Shown in pieces: positions 35,827 to 43,869 of a DNA stretch of 64,000 nucleotides. The notes under the pieces were generated by a model. That model was given only the letters and a program-made list of their open reading frames with translations. It searched no databases and was not told the origin of the DNA. The stretch spans positions 4,244-68,243 of the forward strand of contig CAYJSN010000008.1 of assembly GCA_964373125.1 (NCBI GenBank). The letters run 5' to 3'. A program made the position numbers and the translations under genes. Position 1 is the first letter of the stretch. Every line of letters begins with the position of its first letter. This DNA comes from an uncultured Nitrosopumilales archaeon. GTDB taxonomy: Archaea; Thermoproteota; Nitrososphaeria; Nitrososphaerales; UBA213.

Positions 35827-36993
35827 TCAGAGGTAGGATCGTACCTTCTGGATCAGGTTCTCGGTCCCATCCATCTTTTCTGTCATCTCCATCAGCATCC
35901 GTGCCTTACTAGCATACCGCGAGTCATTGAGCACCTGCTGCACCGAGCTGGCGATATCCTGCGGTGTTAGATCCTTCTGGTTCAGCATCAGGCCGAGGCC
36001 CATCTTCTCGGCTTTCCTGGCATTGCCCAGCTGCTCGCCGTGGTTCTCGATCGGGATGCTCACCACCGGCTTGCCGAACTGCATCGCCTGCGCGAGAACG
36101 GAGTGGCCGCCCCTCATTATCAGCAGGTCGCTCATAGCGAACACCTCGTCCTTCACCGGGCACCACTCGAAGTACCAGCTGTTCCTTATCCTTCTCGGCA
36201 CGGTGTCTCCCTTCGGCCTTCCCTCGGAGACAACGAACTGGACGTCTTCCATGCCCTGCAGCGCCTCCACCACCTTCTTCAGTGCCACGATCTTTGTGGC
36301 CGCGGGGCCGCTTATGTGCCCGAAGACTATCGGCTTGCTGCGATCGAAGCCCAGCAGCTTTGCAACCTTGTCGACGTACTCCTCCTGAATTGTAGGCTTC
36401 GGCGCCATGAACCCGATGTATTCTAGCTTGTTGGAAACGCTTTTGATCCCCCAGATGTTCTGCTCAGAGAGTGTATAGGGCGGAGGAAGGTCGGGTATCA
36501 ATAGCGAATCGCTCCTAGCCCATCTCTTACCTAATGATTCGGCCAGATGATGTTCGAAGCTGCGTGCGATACTTAGCTCCCGGATTCCCGTAGAGAGTAG
36601 CAGTTTTATCTGATTGATGATTGTAATGACAGGAAGCTTCAACTGTTTCGCAGCAACAAGCGATGATAGCCTCGTATCAGACACGACCACATCAGGATTG
36701 AATCCTGATATGTTCCTACGCTCCTTCCGCCGCTGGGACATGTAATTTATGAAATTTTTCGGAAGCTTCTTTATACTCGTCGTTAACGTGAATCCCCGAT
36801 CCGGGCTCCAGCCGAACTCGACGGGCGGCACATCGAAGCACCGGTAGCCGTGCATCTCCACATACTTCACGGCATCGCCGAATGTTGAGAACCTGACCTC
36901 GGTGCCTTGCTTTGCGAGGCCGTTCGCAACTGGAAGCATCCTGCTAGCGTGGCCTAGTCCAACGCCGTAGAGGGAGATGTAGACCCTGCTCAT
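35827..36993 (-). CDS. GT-B glycosyltransferase (MurG/GT28-GT1-like)
   Basis: 388 aa. N-terminal YGVGLGHASRMLPVANGL. C-terminal donor-binding block MRGGHSVLAQAMQFGKPVVSIP...EQ. Confidence 0.75.
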   Translation of the reverse strand: MSRVYISLYGVGLGHASRMLPVANGLAKQGTEVRFSTFGDAVKYVEMHGYRCFDVPPVEFGWSPDRGFTLTTSIKKLPKNFINYMSQRRKERRNISGFNPDVVVSDTRLSSLVAAKQLKLPVITIINQIKLLLSTGIRELSIARSFEHHLAESLGKRWARSDSLLIPDLPPPYTLSEQNIWGIKSVSNKLEYIGFMAPKPTIQEEYVDKVAKLLGFDRSKPIVFGHISGPAATKIVALKKVVEALQGMEDVQFVVSEGRPKGDTVPRRIRNSWYFEWCPVKDEVFAMSDLLIMRGGHSVLAQAMQFGKPVVSIPIENHGEQLGNARKAEKMGLGLMLNQKDLTPQDIASSVQQVLNDSRYASKARMLMEMTEKMDGTENLIQKVRSYL

Positions 36994-37031
36994 CCGCTCA
37001 CCAACAGATTAGAGACCAACCAAGCCCACCT

Positions 37032-37047
37032 AAATATCATGATATTT
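37032..37047. promoter_or_regulatory. Perfect 16-nt A/T palindrome in the glycosyltransferase promoter
   Basis: aaatatcatgatattt, 39-54 nt upstream of the minus-strand start at 36993. Doubles as a TATA-like element. Confidence 0.4.
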
Positions 37048-37083
37048 ACTTTTTCACCCTGCATGCTTCTGAGCCGCATTCAA

Positions 37084-37704
37084 CTAGCGCCCACTCATGT
37101 CGACCCGGACGATGTCGCCTCCAGGCTTGAGTTCCTTGAAGACTATCGCGCCGAATCTGTAAATCTTTGCATCCCTCTGTAGCCAGGCATCGGGCATCGC
37201 GCCGGCCTTCATGCAGGTCTCGCACAGGAACTGCTCGGCATCCCATCCATATTCTACAGGCACCTGTGGAAGCAGGAGCCCGGAGCCGTATGCCCAGCGC
37301 ACGATCAGGCCGTCCATTCCGATCCTTATCCTGTCCTTGTACTGCTTTGGGTTCTCCACCACGATGAGCTCCGGCTGCGTCAGCACGCTGAGCTCGATCG
37401 CGATCCTGTCGAGCTCGTCCTTGGTGAGCGGCTTGAACCTAGGATCGGCGGTTGCCGATGCTATCGCGGCCTCGATCACGGCCTCGCAGAGCATCTTTTC
37501 TGGCATCGGGAAGCCTATGCAGCCACGGAGTTCCTCCGCATCGCCGCGGAGCACGTTCAGCGTCACAAAGACGCCGGCCTTCTCCCTGTACCTTTCGGCT
37601 ATGCCGTCTGGCGCGTCGATTCTCGCATTATTCGCAAGGTAGGCCTCGATCGCGCTCCTTGAGAGCTTCACCAGCTGTAGACCGTCCTCATCGCTCAGGT
37701 TCAA
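37084..37704 (-). CDS. AMMECR1-domain protein
   Basis: 206 aa from a TTG that overlaps the upstream stop (TTGA). AGVFVTL...LRGCIGFP core motif. Confidence 0.85.
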   Translation of the reverse strand: MNLSDEDGLQLVKLSRSAIEAYLANNARIDAPDGIAERYREKAGVFVTLNVLRGDAEELRGCIGFPMPEKMLCEAVIEAAIASATADPRFKPLTKDELDRIAIELSVLTQPELIVVENPKQYKDRIRIGMDGLIVRWAYGSGLLLPQVPVEYGWDAEQFLCETCMKAGAMPDAWLQRDAKIYRFGAIVFKELKPGGDIVRVDMSGR

Positions 37705-38198
37705 CCTGACCTGCCCAACCTCCTGTTCACATTCCGTCCGAACTCTATAATTTTCTTTGCGTGGCTCCCCTCCCAATAGACCTTGCTGCAGCCGCCGCAG
37801 AGGTAGAATTTCGAGTGCTTCTCCAGAACTCCTGACGGCACCGCCGCTCCCACCGAGTCTTTGCCCCGCTCCTCAAGCAGGCCGTTGCAGAGCGGGCACC
37901 TTGACCGCGACGGCAGAAACTCTACGCCTTCGATGCCCATTCCGGTAAGAACCTTCATGATATCGTCAAGATCGCCCGCACCCGTCAGCAGTAGGCTCTT
38001 AGCCCCTGCCTTGATTGTTCGTTGATACAGTGTCCGGTCGCTGGTCAGAAGCACCCTCCCTTCTCCGAGGGCAAGGTCGATGAGCTTGTCGTCCTCGGCA
38101 TCGTTGTAGTACAGGGTGTCGAAACCGAACATCCTCAGCTTTCTGGCCAGGCTGCCGTGCATACCATCCACAACAAAGATCGGGTGCGTCAGGTTCAT
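37701..38198 (-). CDS. Mut7-C (DUF82) PIN-like ribonuclease with Zn ribbon
   Basis: 165 aa from MNLTHPIFVVDGMHGSLARKLRMFGFD. LLTSDRTL. CPLCNG...CGGCSKVYWEGSH. Confidence 0.8.
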   Translation of the reverse strand: MNLTHPIFVVDGMHGSLARKLRMFGFDTLYYNDAEDDKLIDLALGEGRVLLTSDRTLYQRTIKAGAKSLLLTGAGDLDDIMKVLTGMGIEGVEFLPSRSRCPLCNGLLEERGKDSVGAAVPSGVLEKHSKFYLCGGCSKVYWEGSHAKKIIEFGRNVNRRLGRSG

Positions 38199-38764
38199 CT
38201 GGACTCTGTAGAAATCTCGGCCGGGCGGCCCTCGCCCCTGCACTCCTCGCAGAGGAACTTCCCGTCTGTGTACTGCAGATAGTCAGACCACTCGTTGCAC
38301 TCGTCACAGTAGCCCGATATCAGTGTCGGGCCCCTGCCCCTCTCTCCGCGCATCATGCTCGCCTTCTCGGAGACGATGTCCACGAGCTCCGGCATGACCG
38401 CGATCACGTCGGAAGTTGATACGATGCCGACGAGCCTCTCCTTGTAGGTTACCCCCAGCCGCTTTATGTTGTGCTTCCTGAGGAGCCTCGCTGCCTGCGT
38501 TACGCCCTCCTCGCTCTCTATGGTAACGAGAGACTGCATAAGATCCTTGGCAAGTATCCTGCTGGGGAGCTCGTCCCTGACGGCCGCCCGCGAGACGATG
38601 TCCCAGTCGCTTACTATGCCAACCGGCTTGCCGTTATCCATTATAACCACGGAGCCGATCTTTGCCGCCGTCATCTTGTTCGCAAGCTCCTTCACGCTTG
38701 CATTGGGCGCCGCAGTTATCACTGGGCTGTTCATCACGTCCTTCACCATTACCCTTGTAGTCAT
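38195..38764 (-). CDS. CBS-pair protein with C-terminal Zn ribbon
   Basis: 189 aa from MTTRVMVKDVM. Two CBS motifs. CDEC-x15-CEEC. ATGA overlap with the Mut7-C start. Confidence 0.8.
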   Translation of the reverse strand: MTTRVMVKDVMNSPVITAAPNASVKELANKMTAAKIGSVVIMDNGKPVGIVSDWDIVSRAAVRDELPSRILAKDLMQSLVTIESEEGVTQAARLLRKHNIKRLGVTYKERLVGIVSTSDVIAVMPELVDIVSEKASMMRGERGRGPTLISGYCDECNEWSDYLQYTDGKFLCEECRGEGRPAEISTESR

Positions 38765-38949
38765 GTGTGGATCTGTTTCTTCCCTGCGCCCCAACGGCTA
38801 TGCTTCAACTTACCCTCTCTTAATCATTTTGCTGGGCGCAACGCTTGTACAGAGCTCATCTTGGGAGATTTGGTCGATATGCCGCAACCACCCTGCCAGC
38901 CGCGGCAAACCAAAAGACATTAAACCCCGTCAATTGGAGAGAAGAAAGA

Positions 38950-39243
38950 TTGGGACCGATCGACAAGATCTTCTGGATAAGGGTTGGGTTTGCTGTTCTG
39001 GCAGGCGTACTTGCAGGCGCCCTGGGCTACGTCAGCCTGAACCCGATGGCCTTCCGCGGGATCGGAATCGGCTTCCTGATCTACTTCATCTCCTACATCG
39101 CGGTGAGGGTCGCCTTCACGAAGCAGCTTCCGCCGTCCGACTACAAGAAGCTGATCACCACCGGCATGCTGGCCTACGTGTTCATGTTTCTCTTCGTATG
39201 GGTGCTTTACAACACCTTCACCTACGGGCAGCAGACAGAATAA
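38950..39243 (+). CDS. Small 2-3 TM membrane protein (start uncertain)
   Basis: 97 aa from TTG preceded by ggagagaag. IFWIRVGFAVLAGVLAGALGY... The longer 38845 start adds a non-hydrophobic, Ala/Arg-rich leader. Confidence 0.45.
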   Translation: MGPIDKIFWIRVGFAVLAGVLAGALGYVSLNPMAFRGIGIGFLIYFISYIAVRVAFTKQLPPSDYKKLITTGMLAYVFMFLFVWVLYNTFTYGQQTE

Positions 39244-39273
39244 ATAAAAGAACGGAAGGTTTCTGGAACCTAG

Positions 39274-39864
39274 TTGTGGCCATATCGAACTGCAGGCATC
39301 CCTGACGAGATGTTCGAGAGAAACGAGCGCGTCCCGATAACGAAGGAGGAGGTCCGGGTTGTGGCGCTCAGCAAGGCAAGGCTCAGGGATGGCGCGGTTA
39401 TAATTGACATCGGCTGCGGGAGCGGGAGCATAAGCGTCGAGGCCGCCATCCAGGCCGGGGCCTCCGGCAGGGTCTATGCCGTTGACCAGGACGAGGAGGC
39501 CGTCAGGCTCACCGGGATCAACGCTAGGAAGTTCGGCATCTCCAACATCGAGGTGATACACTCCAAAGCCCAAGACGCTCTGGACAGGATGCCGGCGGCC
39601 GATGCCATCTTCATAGGCGGCACCGGCGGCGACACCTACGACATAATCAAGCTGGCATCCGGAAAGCTGAAGAGCAAAGGCAGGATCGTGTCGACGACGA
39701 TCCTGATCGAGACCATGTACCGCTCCCTGAAGGCCGTAGAGGAGGTCGGGCTGGAGGACATCGACATAACGCAGATAACCGCGGCCAAGAGCAGGAAGGT
39801 GAGCACAGGCACGATGATGCTGGCGCGCAACCCGGTGCTGATAATATCCGCGCAGAAACCCTGA
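39274..39864 (+). CDS. cbiT: Cobalt-precorrin-6B C15-methyltransferase (decarboxylating)
   Basis: 196 aa. GIPDEMFERNERVPITKEEVR N-terminus. SAM motif IDIGCGSGSISVEAA. Confidence 0.85.
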   Translation: MWPYRTAGIPDEMFERNERVPITKEEVRVVALSKARLRDGAVIIDIGCGSGSISVEAAIQAGASGRVYAVDQDEEAVRLTGINARKFGISNIEVIHSKAQDALDRMPAADAIFIGGTGGDTYDIIKLASGKLKSKGRIVSTTILIETMYRSLKAVEEVGLEDIDITQITAAKSRKVSTGTMMLARNPVLIISAQKP

Positions 39865-39905
39865 ATCTGCGTTTAAATATAGTGGGAATAATATCTGATG
39901 AAGAT

Positions 39906-40640
39906 ATGACCGGAAAACTTTTCTGCATCGGCTGCGGGCCGGGAGACCCGGAGCTGCTCACGCTCAGGGCGGCCGATATCCTGAGCTCATGCGATGTGAT
40001 CTTCTGCCCGACATCACGCCAAGGAAGAGAGAGCATGGCACTATCCATAGTCAGACCGATCCTGGAGAAGAGGGAGAAGCAGCCCGAGACTGTCGATCTC
40101 ATCTTTCCGATGGTGAAGGACAAGGCAACGCTCAGCGAAACCTGGCACAGGAATGCTGACGAGATCGCAAGGAGGTGCGCCGAGGGCAAGAAAACCGCCT
40201 ACCTGTGCGTGGGGGACCCGGCGCTCTACAGCACCTTCGCCTACATACACAAGGAGCTAAAAAGTCGATACCCCGAGATCGGGGTGGAGATAGTTCCCGG
40301 CGTTGCTTCATTATTCTCGTTTGCGTCGCAGGCCAAGATCAGCCTGGTCGAGGGAGACCAGACACTGGCCATCGTGCCGGCGTGTTACGACCTTGAGCGG
40401 GTAAAATCTGCGGCCAGCTCCTGCGATACCGTGATCTTCCTAAAGGACGGCAGGTACTTCGGCAGCGTGATCGAGATCCTGAAGCAGGCCGGCTTCCCGG
40501 ACGACTCGCTCATCGCGATCGCGCAGGACGTCTCTGCCGAGGGCGAGGTGGTCAGAGTCGCCAAGCTTGGGGAGGTCGGGAGCAGCAACCCGGCGGAGAA
40601 GTACTTCTCGATAATGGTGGTAAAGCGTGGGCGCGGCTAA
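39906..40640 (+). CDS. cbiL: Cobalt-precorrin-2 C20-methyltransferase
   Basis: 244 aa from MTGKLFCIGCGPGDPELLTLRAADIL. Tetrapyrrole methylase fold (CVGDPALYSTF). Confidence 0.8.
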   Translation: MTGKLFCIGCGPGDPELLTLRAADILSSCDVIFCPTSRQGRESMALSIVRPILEKREKQPETVDLIFPMVKDKATLSETWHRNADEIARRCAEGKKTAYLCVGDPALYSTFAYIHKELKSRYPEIGVEIVPGVASLFSFASQAKISLVEGDQTLAIVPACYDLERVKSAASSCDTVIFLKDGRYFGSVIEILKQAGFPDDSLIAIAQDVSAEGEVVRVAKLGEVGSSNPAEKYFSIMVVKRGRG

Positions 40641-41406
40641 GCCAAAGGTATGCTTCGTGGGCGCAGGGCCGGGCGATCCGGAGCTGATCACCCTGAAGGC
40701 GAAGAAGCTGATCGGAGCAGCAGATACGATCGTGTACTCCGGCTCGCTACTGCACCCCAAGCTGCTCAAGTACGCAAAGAAAGGCGCTGATCTTTACGAC
40801 GCCGCAGAGCTGGACAGGGAGAAGATATCCGAGATACTCATTGCCGCAGCGAAGAAGGGCAAGTTTGCGATCAGGCTGCACGACGGGGACCCTGCGCTCT
40901 TCAGCGCGATTCGGGAGCAGATCGACAGGCTGGAAAAGCAGGGCATAGAGTGCCAAGTTGTACCCGGCATAAGCGCGCTCTTCGCCGCCGCCGCAAGGCT
41001 GAACCTCGAGCTTACGCTGCCGGGCATAACGCAGAGCGTGATAATAACCAGGGCGGAGCTGAGGACGCCCGTGCCTGACCGGGAGCGGATATCGGAACTA
41101 GCGAGGCACAGGAGCACGATGGCCTTCTACCTGAGCGTGCACCTGACCGACCGCCTTGTCAGGGAGCTGGTCGCCGGGGGATATCCTCCAGAGACGCCCG
41201 CTGCTGTTGTATACAGGGCAACCTGGGAGGATGAAATTGTACTAACAGGCACGCTGGCGGACATCGCATCGAAGGTAAAGGCAGCGAGGATAACCAAGAC
41301 TGCCGTCGTGATAGTCGGGGATGTGCTCAGGCCGAAAAGCTACGAATTCTCCAAGGTCTACGACCCGGCGTTTACGCACACGTACAGGAAAGCAAGAAAA
41401 AGCTAG
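40627..41406 (+). CDS. cbiF: Cobalt-precorrin-4 C11-methyltransferase
   Basis: 259 aa, GTG start. VCFVGAGPGDPELITLKA, IVYSGSLL, LHDGDPALFSAIREQ. Confidence 0.85.
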   Translation: MGAAKPKVCFVGAGPGDPELITLKAKKLIGAADTIVYSGSLLHPKLLKYAKKGADLYDAAELDREKISEILIAAAKKGKFAIRLHDGDPALFSAIREQIDRLEKQGIECQVVPGISALFAAAARLNLELTLPGITQSVIITRAELRTPVPDRERISELARHRSTMAFYLSVHLTDRLVRELVAGGYPPETPAAVVYRATWEDEIVLTGTLADIASKVKAARITKTAVVIVGDVLRPKSYEFSKVYDPAFTHTYRKARKS

Positions 41407-41525
41407 TGGAACAGGATAGCTCGTCTGGTGGATCGGCCGTCCCGAGCTCGCGGTGCAGGCCTGCATATAGCAAACCCTGCACGGGTCTCGTTATCCACTG
41501 CTCACTATCCTGGACTTTGTTTCTT

Positions 41526-42158
41526 CTAGGTGAATCTTGGCAGCTCTTCTGCGGCTGGTACTGAGGGGAGCCTGCTATCCACGTTCTTCTCTGCCACTGC
41601 GGAGGCTTCTGCCAGTATCTTCTCTACCTCCTCGTTGGAGGCGTCGCTCACGAAGCTGAAGCTTCCTCCGGAGAGCGTGTCAACCATCAGGTTGCCTAGC
41701 GTGCTCGTCATCTCTCCTATCTCGTTCTCCGCCTCGGGCATGAACTTCACCAACCCAGCCTTCACGCTCTTCATTGCGCCCACCGCAGGCATCAGTGCCA
41801 CCACAGCATCGCCCACATCGTGGACTGTGCTGAGTCTGAGATTCACCTGCTCGAGAGCCAACCTCGCGTGGCTGAGAGTCTTGGTTACCTTCCGCACCTC
41901 GGCCAGCTCGTTTGAGAGAACTCTTCCCGCATCCGCGTCGTGTTTCTGCATCGCGTCTACGATCCTCTTGAAGAGTGCCGAGTCCTTCTCGCGCATCTTC
42001 GCAAGCATCGTGTCCATCCTCTGTATCTGTGCTTGCAGTCTGTTCATTGCTCCGTCAATCCTCGGCCTCAGGGGTCCCTGTGGCTTGACGGTGTCCCTCA
42101 CCTTCTCTGCTACTCCTCTGTTGTCCGGTCTAGTCCAGTTCTTACCGAAGTTACTCAT
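41526..42158 (-). CDS. cdvB: ESCRT-III/Snf7-family protein (CdvB-like)
   Basis: 210 aa. Basic N-terminal helical hairpin, acidic C-terminus. Snf7-like heptad pattern (RLQAQIQRMDTMLAKMREKD...). Confidence 0.7.
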   Translation of the reverse strand: MSNFGKNWTRPDNRGVAEKVRDTVKPQGPLRPRIDGAMNRLQAQIQRMDTMLAKMREKDSALFKRIVDAMQKHDADAGRVLSNELAEVRKVTKTLSHARLALEQVNLRLSTVHDVGDAVVALMPAVGAMKSVKAGLVKFMPEAENEIGEMTSTLGNLMVDTLSGGSFSFVSDASNEEVEKILAEASAVAEKNVDSRLPSVPAAEELPRFT

Positions 42159-42324
42159 GGGCGATCCTCCTACGTTTTGTTATTAATTCTAGGTGTGTAT
42201 TATTATTGATAACAAAGACAAACGCCAAGTTTACACTCTTCCTCATGCACAGAGATATCTCACTGCGGCTCCTGCTTCTCACTCCTGCACAAAGCAATTA
42301 TTACAAGTCCGCGTTTACCAGTGC

Positions 42325-43137
42325 ATGGCAGACGACCGACCGATAGCTGTTTTTGACTCTGGAATGGGCTCGCTCTCCGTGGTCAGCGCCCTTAGGGAGG
42401 AGCTGCCGGGCGAATCGATCATCTATCTTGCAGACAGGGCCCACTATCCCTACGGAAACAAGAGCAAGGAGCAGCTCCGGTCGATAATCGTGCAGACGAT
42501 CAAGTTCCTGGAAAAATACGACACGAAGTCCATCATCGTTGCGTCGATCACGCCGTCTATGCTAGTGCTGAAGGAAGCCAGGCTTTACACCAACGTGCCG
42601 GTCTTCGGTGTCTATCCGGCAATGGCCGGTGCGCTGGCAGTGTCAAAGACAAAGCACATAGCATTCTTGGCAACGCAGGCAACCATCGAAAGCGTTGAGC
42701 TGGACGAATACACAAAACCGTACATATCCACCGCAAGGATAGTCAGGATAAATGCGTCGCCGATCATCGACATAGTTGAATCGGGGCAGTTTCTGGAAGA
42801 CGGCAACGTCGCAGAAACGCTGGCCAGGGTAACGCGTGGGATCAAGTCGGACCCAAAGATCGATGTCATAATGCTGGGCAGCACGCACCTGACGCTGGTG
42901 AAGGATCGTCTGGCGGAGCTCTTCCCGAAGATGCAGTTCGTGAATCCCGCGCTCGACACCGTGAAGCAGGTGAAGAACTACCTGCAGCGGCAGGACATGG
43001 CTGCCAAAGGCAAGGGCGGCCTGAAGATCCTTGTGTCAAAGAAGAAAGAACAGTTCGAAAAGATCATAAGAAAACTGAGGATGAAGGAGAGCGTGGAGGA
43101 GGTCGCGCTCGACTTTAGGCTCGACCTCTTCACCTAG
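42325..43137 (+). CDS. Glutamate-racemase-family protein with non-canonical (Ser/Ser) catalytic positions
   Basis: 270 aa from MADDRPIAVFDSGMGSLSV. YPYGNKS. Collinear with MurI, but ACNTAS reads ASITPS and LGCTH reads LGSTH. Confidence 0.8.
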   Translation: MADDRPIAVFDSGMGSLSVVSALREELPGESIIYLADRAHYPYGNKSKEQLRSIIVQTIKFLEKYDTKSIIVASITPSMLVLKEARLYTNVPVFGVYPAMAGALAVSKTKHIAFLATQATIESVELDEYTKPYISTARIVRINASPIIDIVESGQFLEDGNVAETLARVTRGIKSDPKIDVIMLGSTHLTLVKDRLAELFPKMQFVNPALDTVKQVKNYLQRQDMAAKGKGGLKILVSKKKEQFEKIIRKLRMKESVEEVALDFRLDLFT

Positions 43138-43803
43138 CTATTGATCACTGCTGATCAGCTTCCTGATCCTCCTGAAGACGCCTATCCACTGCCGCCAAGT
43201 CAGCCTCCCGGTCTGGGTATTCTGCCTGCTGGGGTGGTATGAGGCGATGAGAACCTTCCCATCCACATCGTATGAGAGGTTGTGCCCGAACCTGAGGCCT
43301 CTCACGCCATGCAGGGACGTGTAGGCCCTGAAGGCTATCGAGCCGAGGGCCAGCACAACCTTCACGTCTTTCAGTAACCCCACCTCCTCGGCCAGGTAGC
43401 AGGAACAGTTCCCGATCTCCTTCCCGGTGGGCTTGTTCCCGGGCGGGGCGCACCTGACCACCGCGGTGATGTAGGTTGATTTGAGCTTTAATCCATCGTC
43501 CTTCCTCTGGCTGGTCGGCTGGTTGGCGAAGCCGGTCTCGTGGAGCGCCCTTACGAGCCAGTCGCCCGACATGTCGCCCGTGAACATCCTCCCGGTTCTG
43601 TTGCCGCCGTGGGCTGCAGGAGCCAGGCCTATTATCAGCAGCTTGGCATCGGGATCGCCGAACCCGGGCAGGGGCCTGCCCCAGTACTCCCAGCCGCCGT
43701 AACGTCTTACCTTCGTCCTTGCGACTGCCGCTATATACTTCGCAAGCCTCGGGCACTTGCTGCATCTTATTATCCGGTCATTTAGAAAGTCGAGCTCGCG
43801 CAT
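43138..43803 (-). CDS. Uracil-DNA glycosylase, family 5 (UDGb-like), FeS
   Basis: 221 aa. CSKCPRL, GLAPAAHGGNRTGRMFTGD (family-5 type motif A), SYHPSRQN motif B. Confidence 0.85.
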   Translation of the reverse strand: MRELDFLNDRIIRCSKCPRLAKYIAAVARTKVRRYGGWEYWGRPLPGFGDPDAKLLIIGLAPAAHGGNRTGRMFTGDMSGDWLVRALHETGFANQPTSQRKDDGLKLKSTYITAVVRCAPPGNKPTGKEIGNCSCYLAEEVGLLKDVKVVLALGSIAFRAYTSLHGVRGLRFGHNLSYDVDGKVLIASYHPSRQNTQTGRLTWRQWIGVFRRIRKLISSDQ

Positions 43804-43869
43804 ATGCTGGATGAAGAAGTGGTGTTATTTGTATGCTCTTGATCAGATCATCCTGAAGCAGGCAACAAC

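Noticed and set aside
37705-37776. ATG-initiated longer version of AMMECR1 (230 aa)
   Set aside because: Would overlap the Mut7-C gene by 76 nt. The TTG giving a TTGA start/stop overlap fits the coupling seen at the upstream junction and the usual AMMECR1 length. The longer start is not fully excluded.
41453-41482. TGCAGG/CCTGCA palindrome cluster between cbiF and cdvB as a specific regulatory site
   Set aside because: The 12-nt palindrome tgcaggcctgca plus a third cctgca copy is real, but it lies between convergent 3' ends. It is most simply a transcription-termination or mRNA-stabilising hairpin, and nothing else supports a regulatory role.
43145-43765. 206-aa minus-strand ORF in an alternative frame of the UDG gene
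   Set aside because: Same strand but a different frame from the family-5 UDG, whose motifs are intact. The alternative frame is Arg/Gly/Gln-rich junk.
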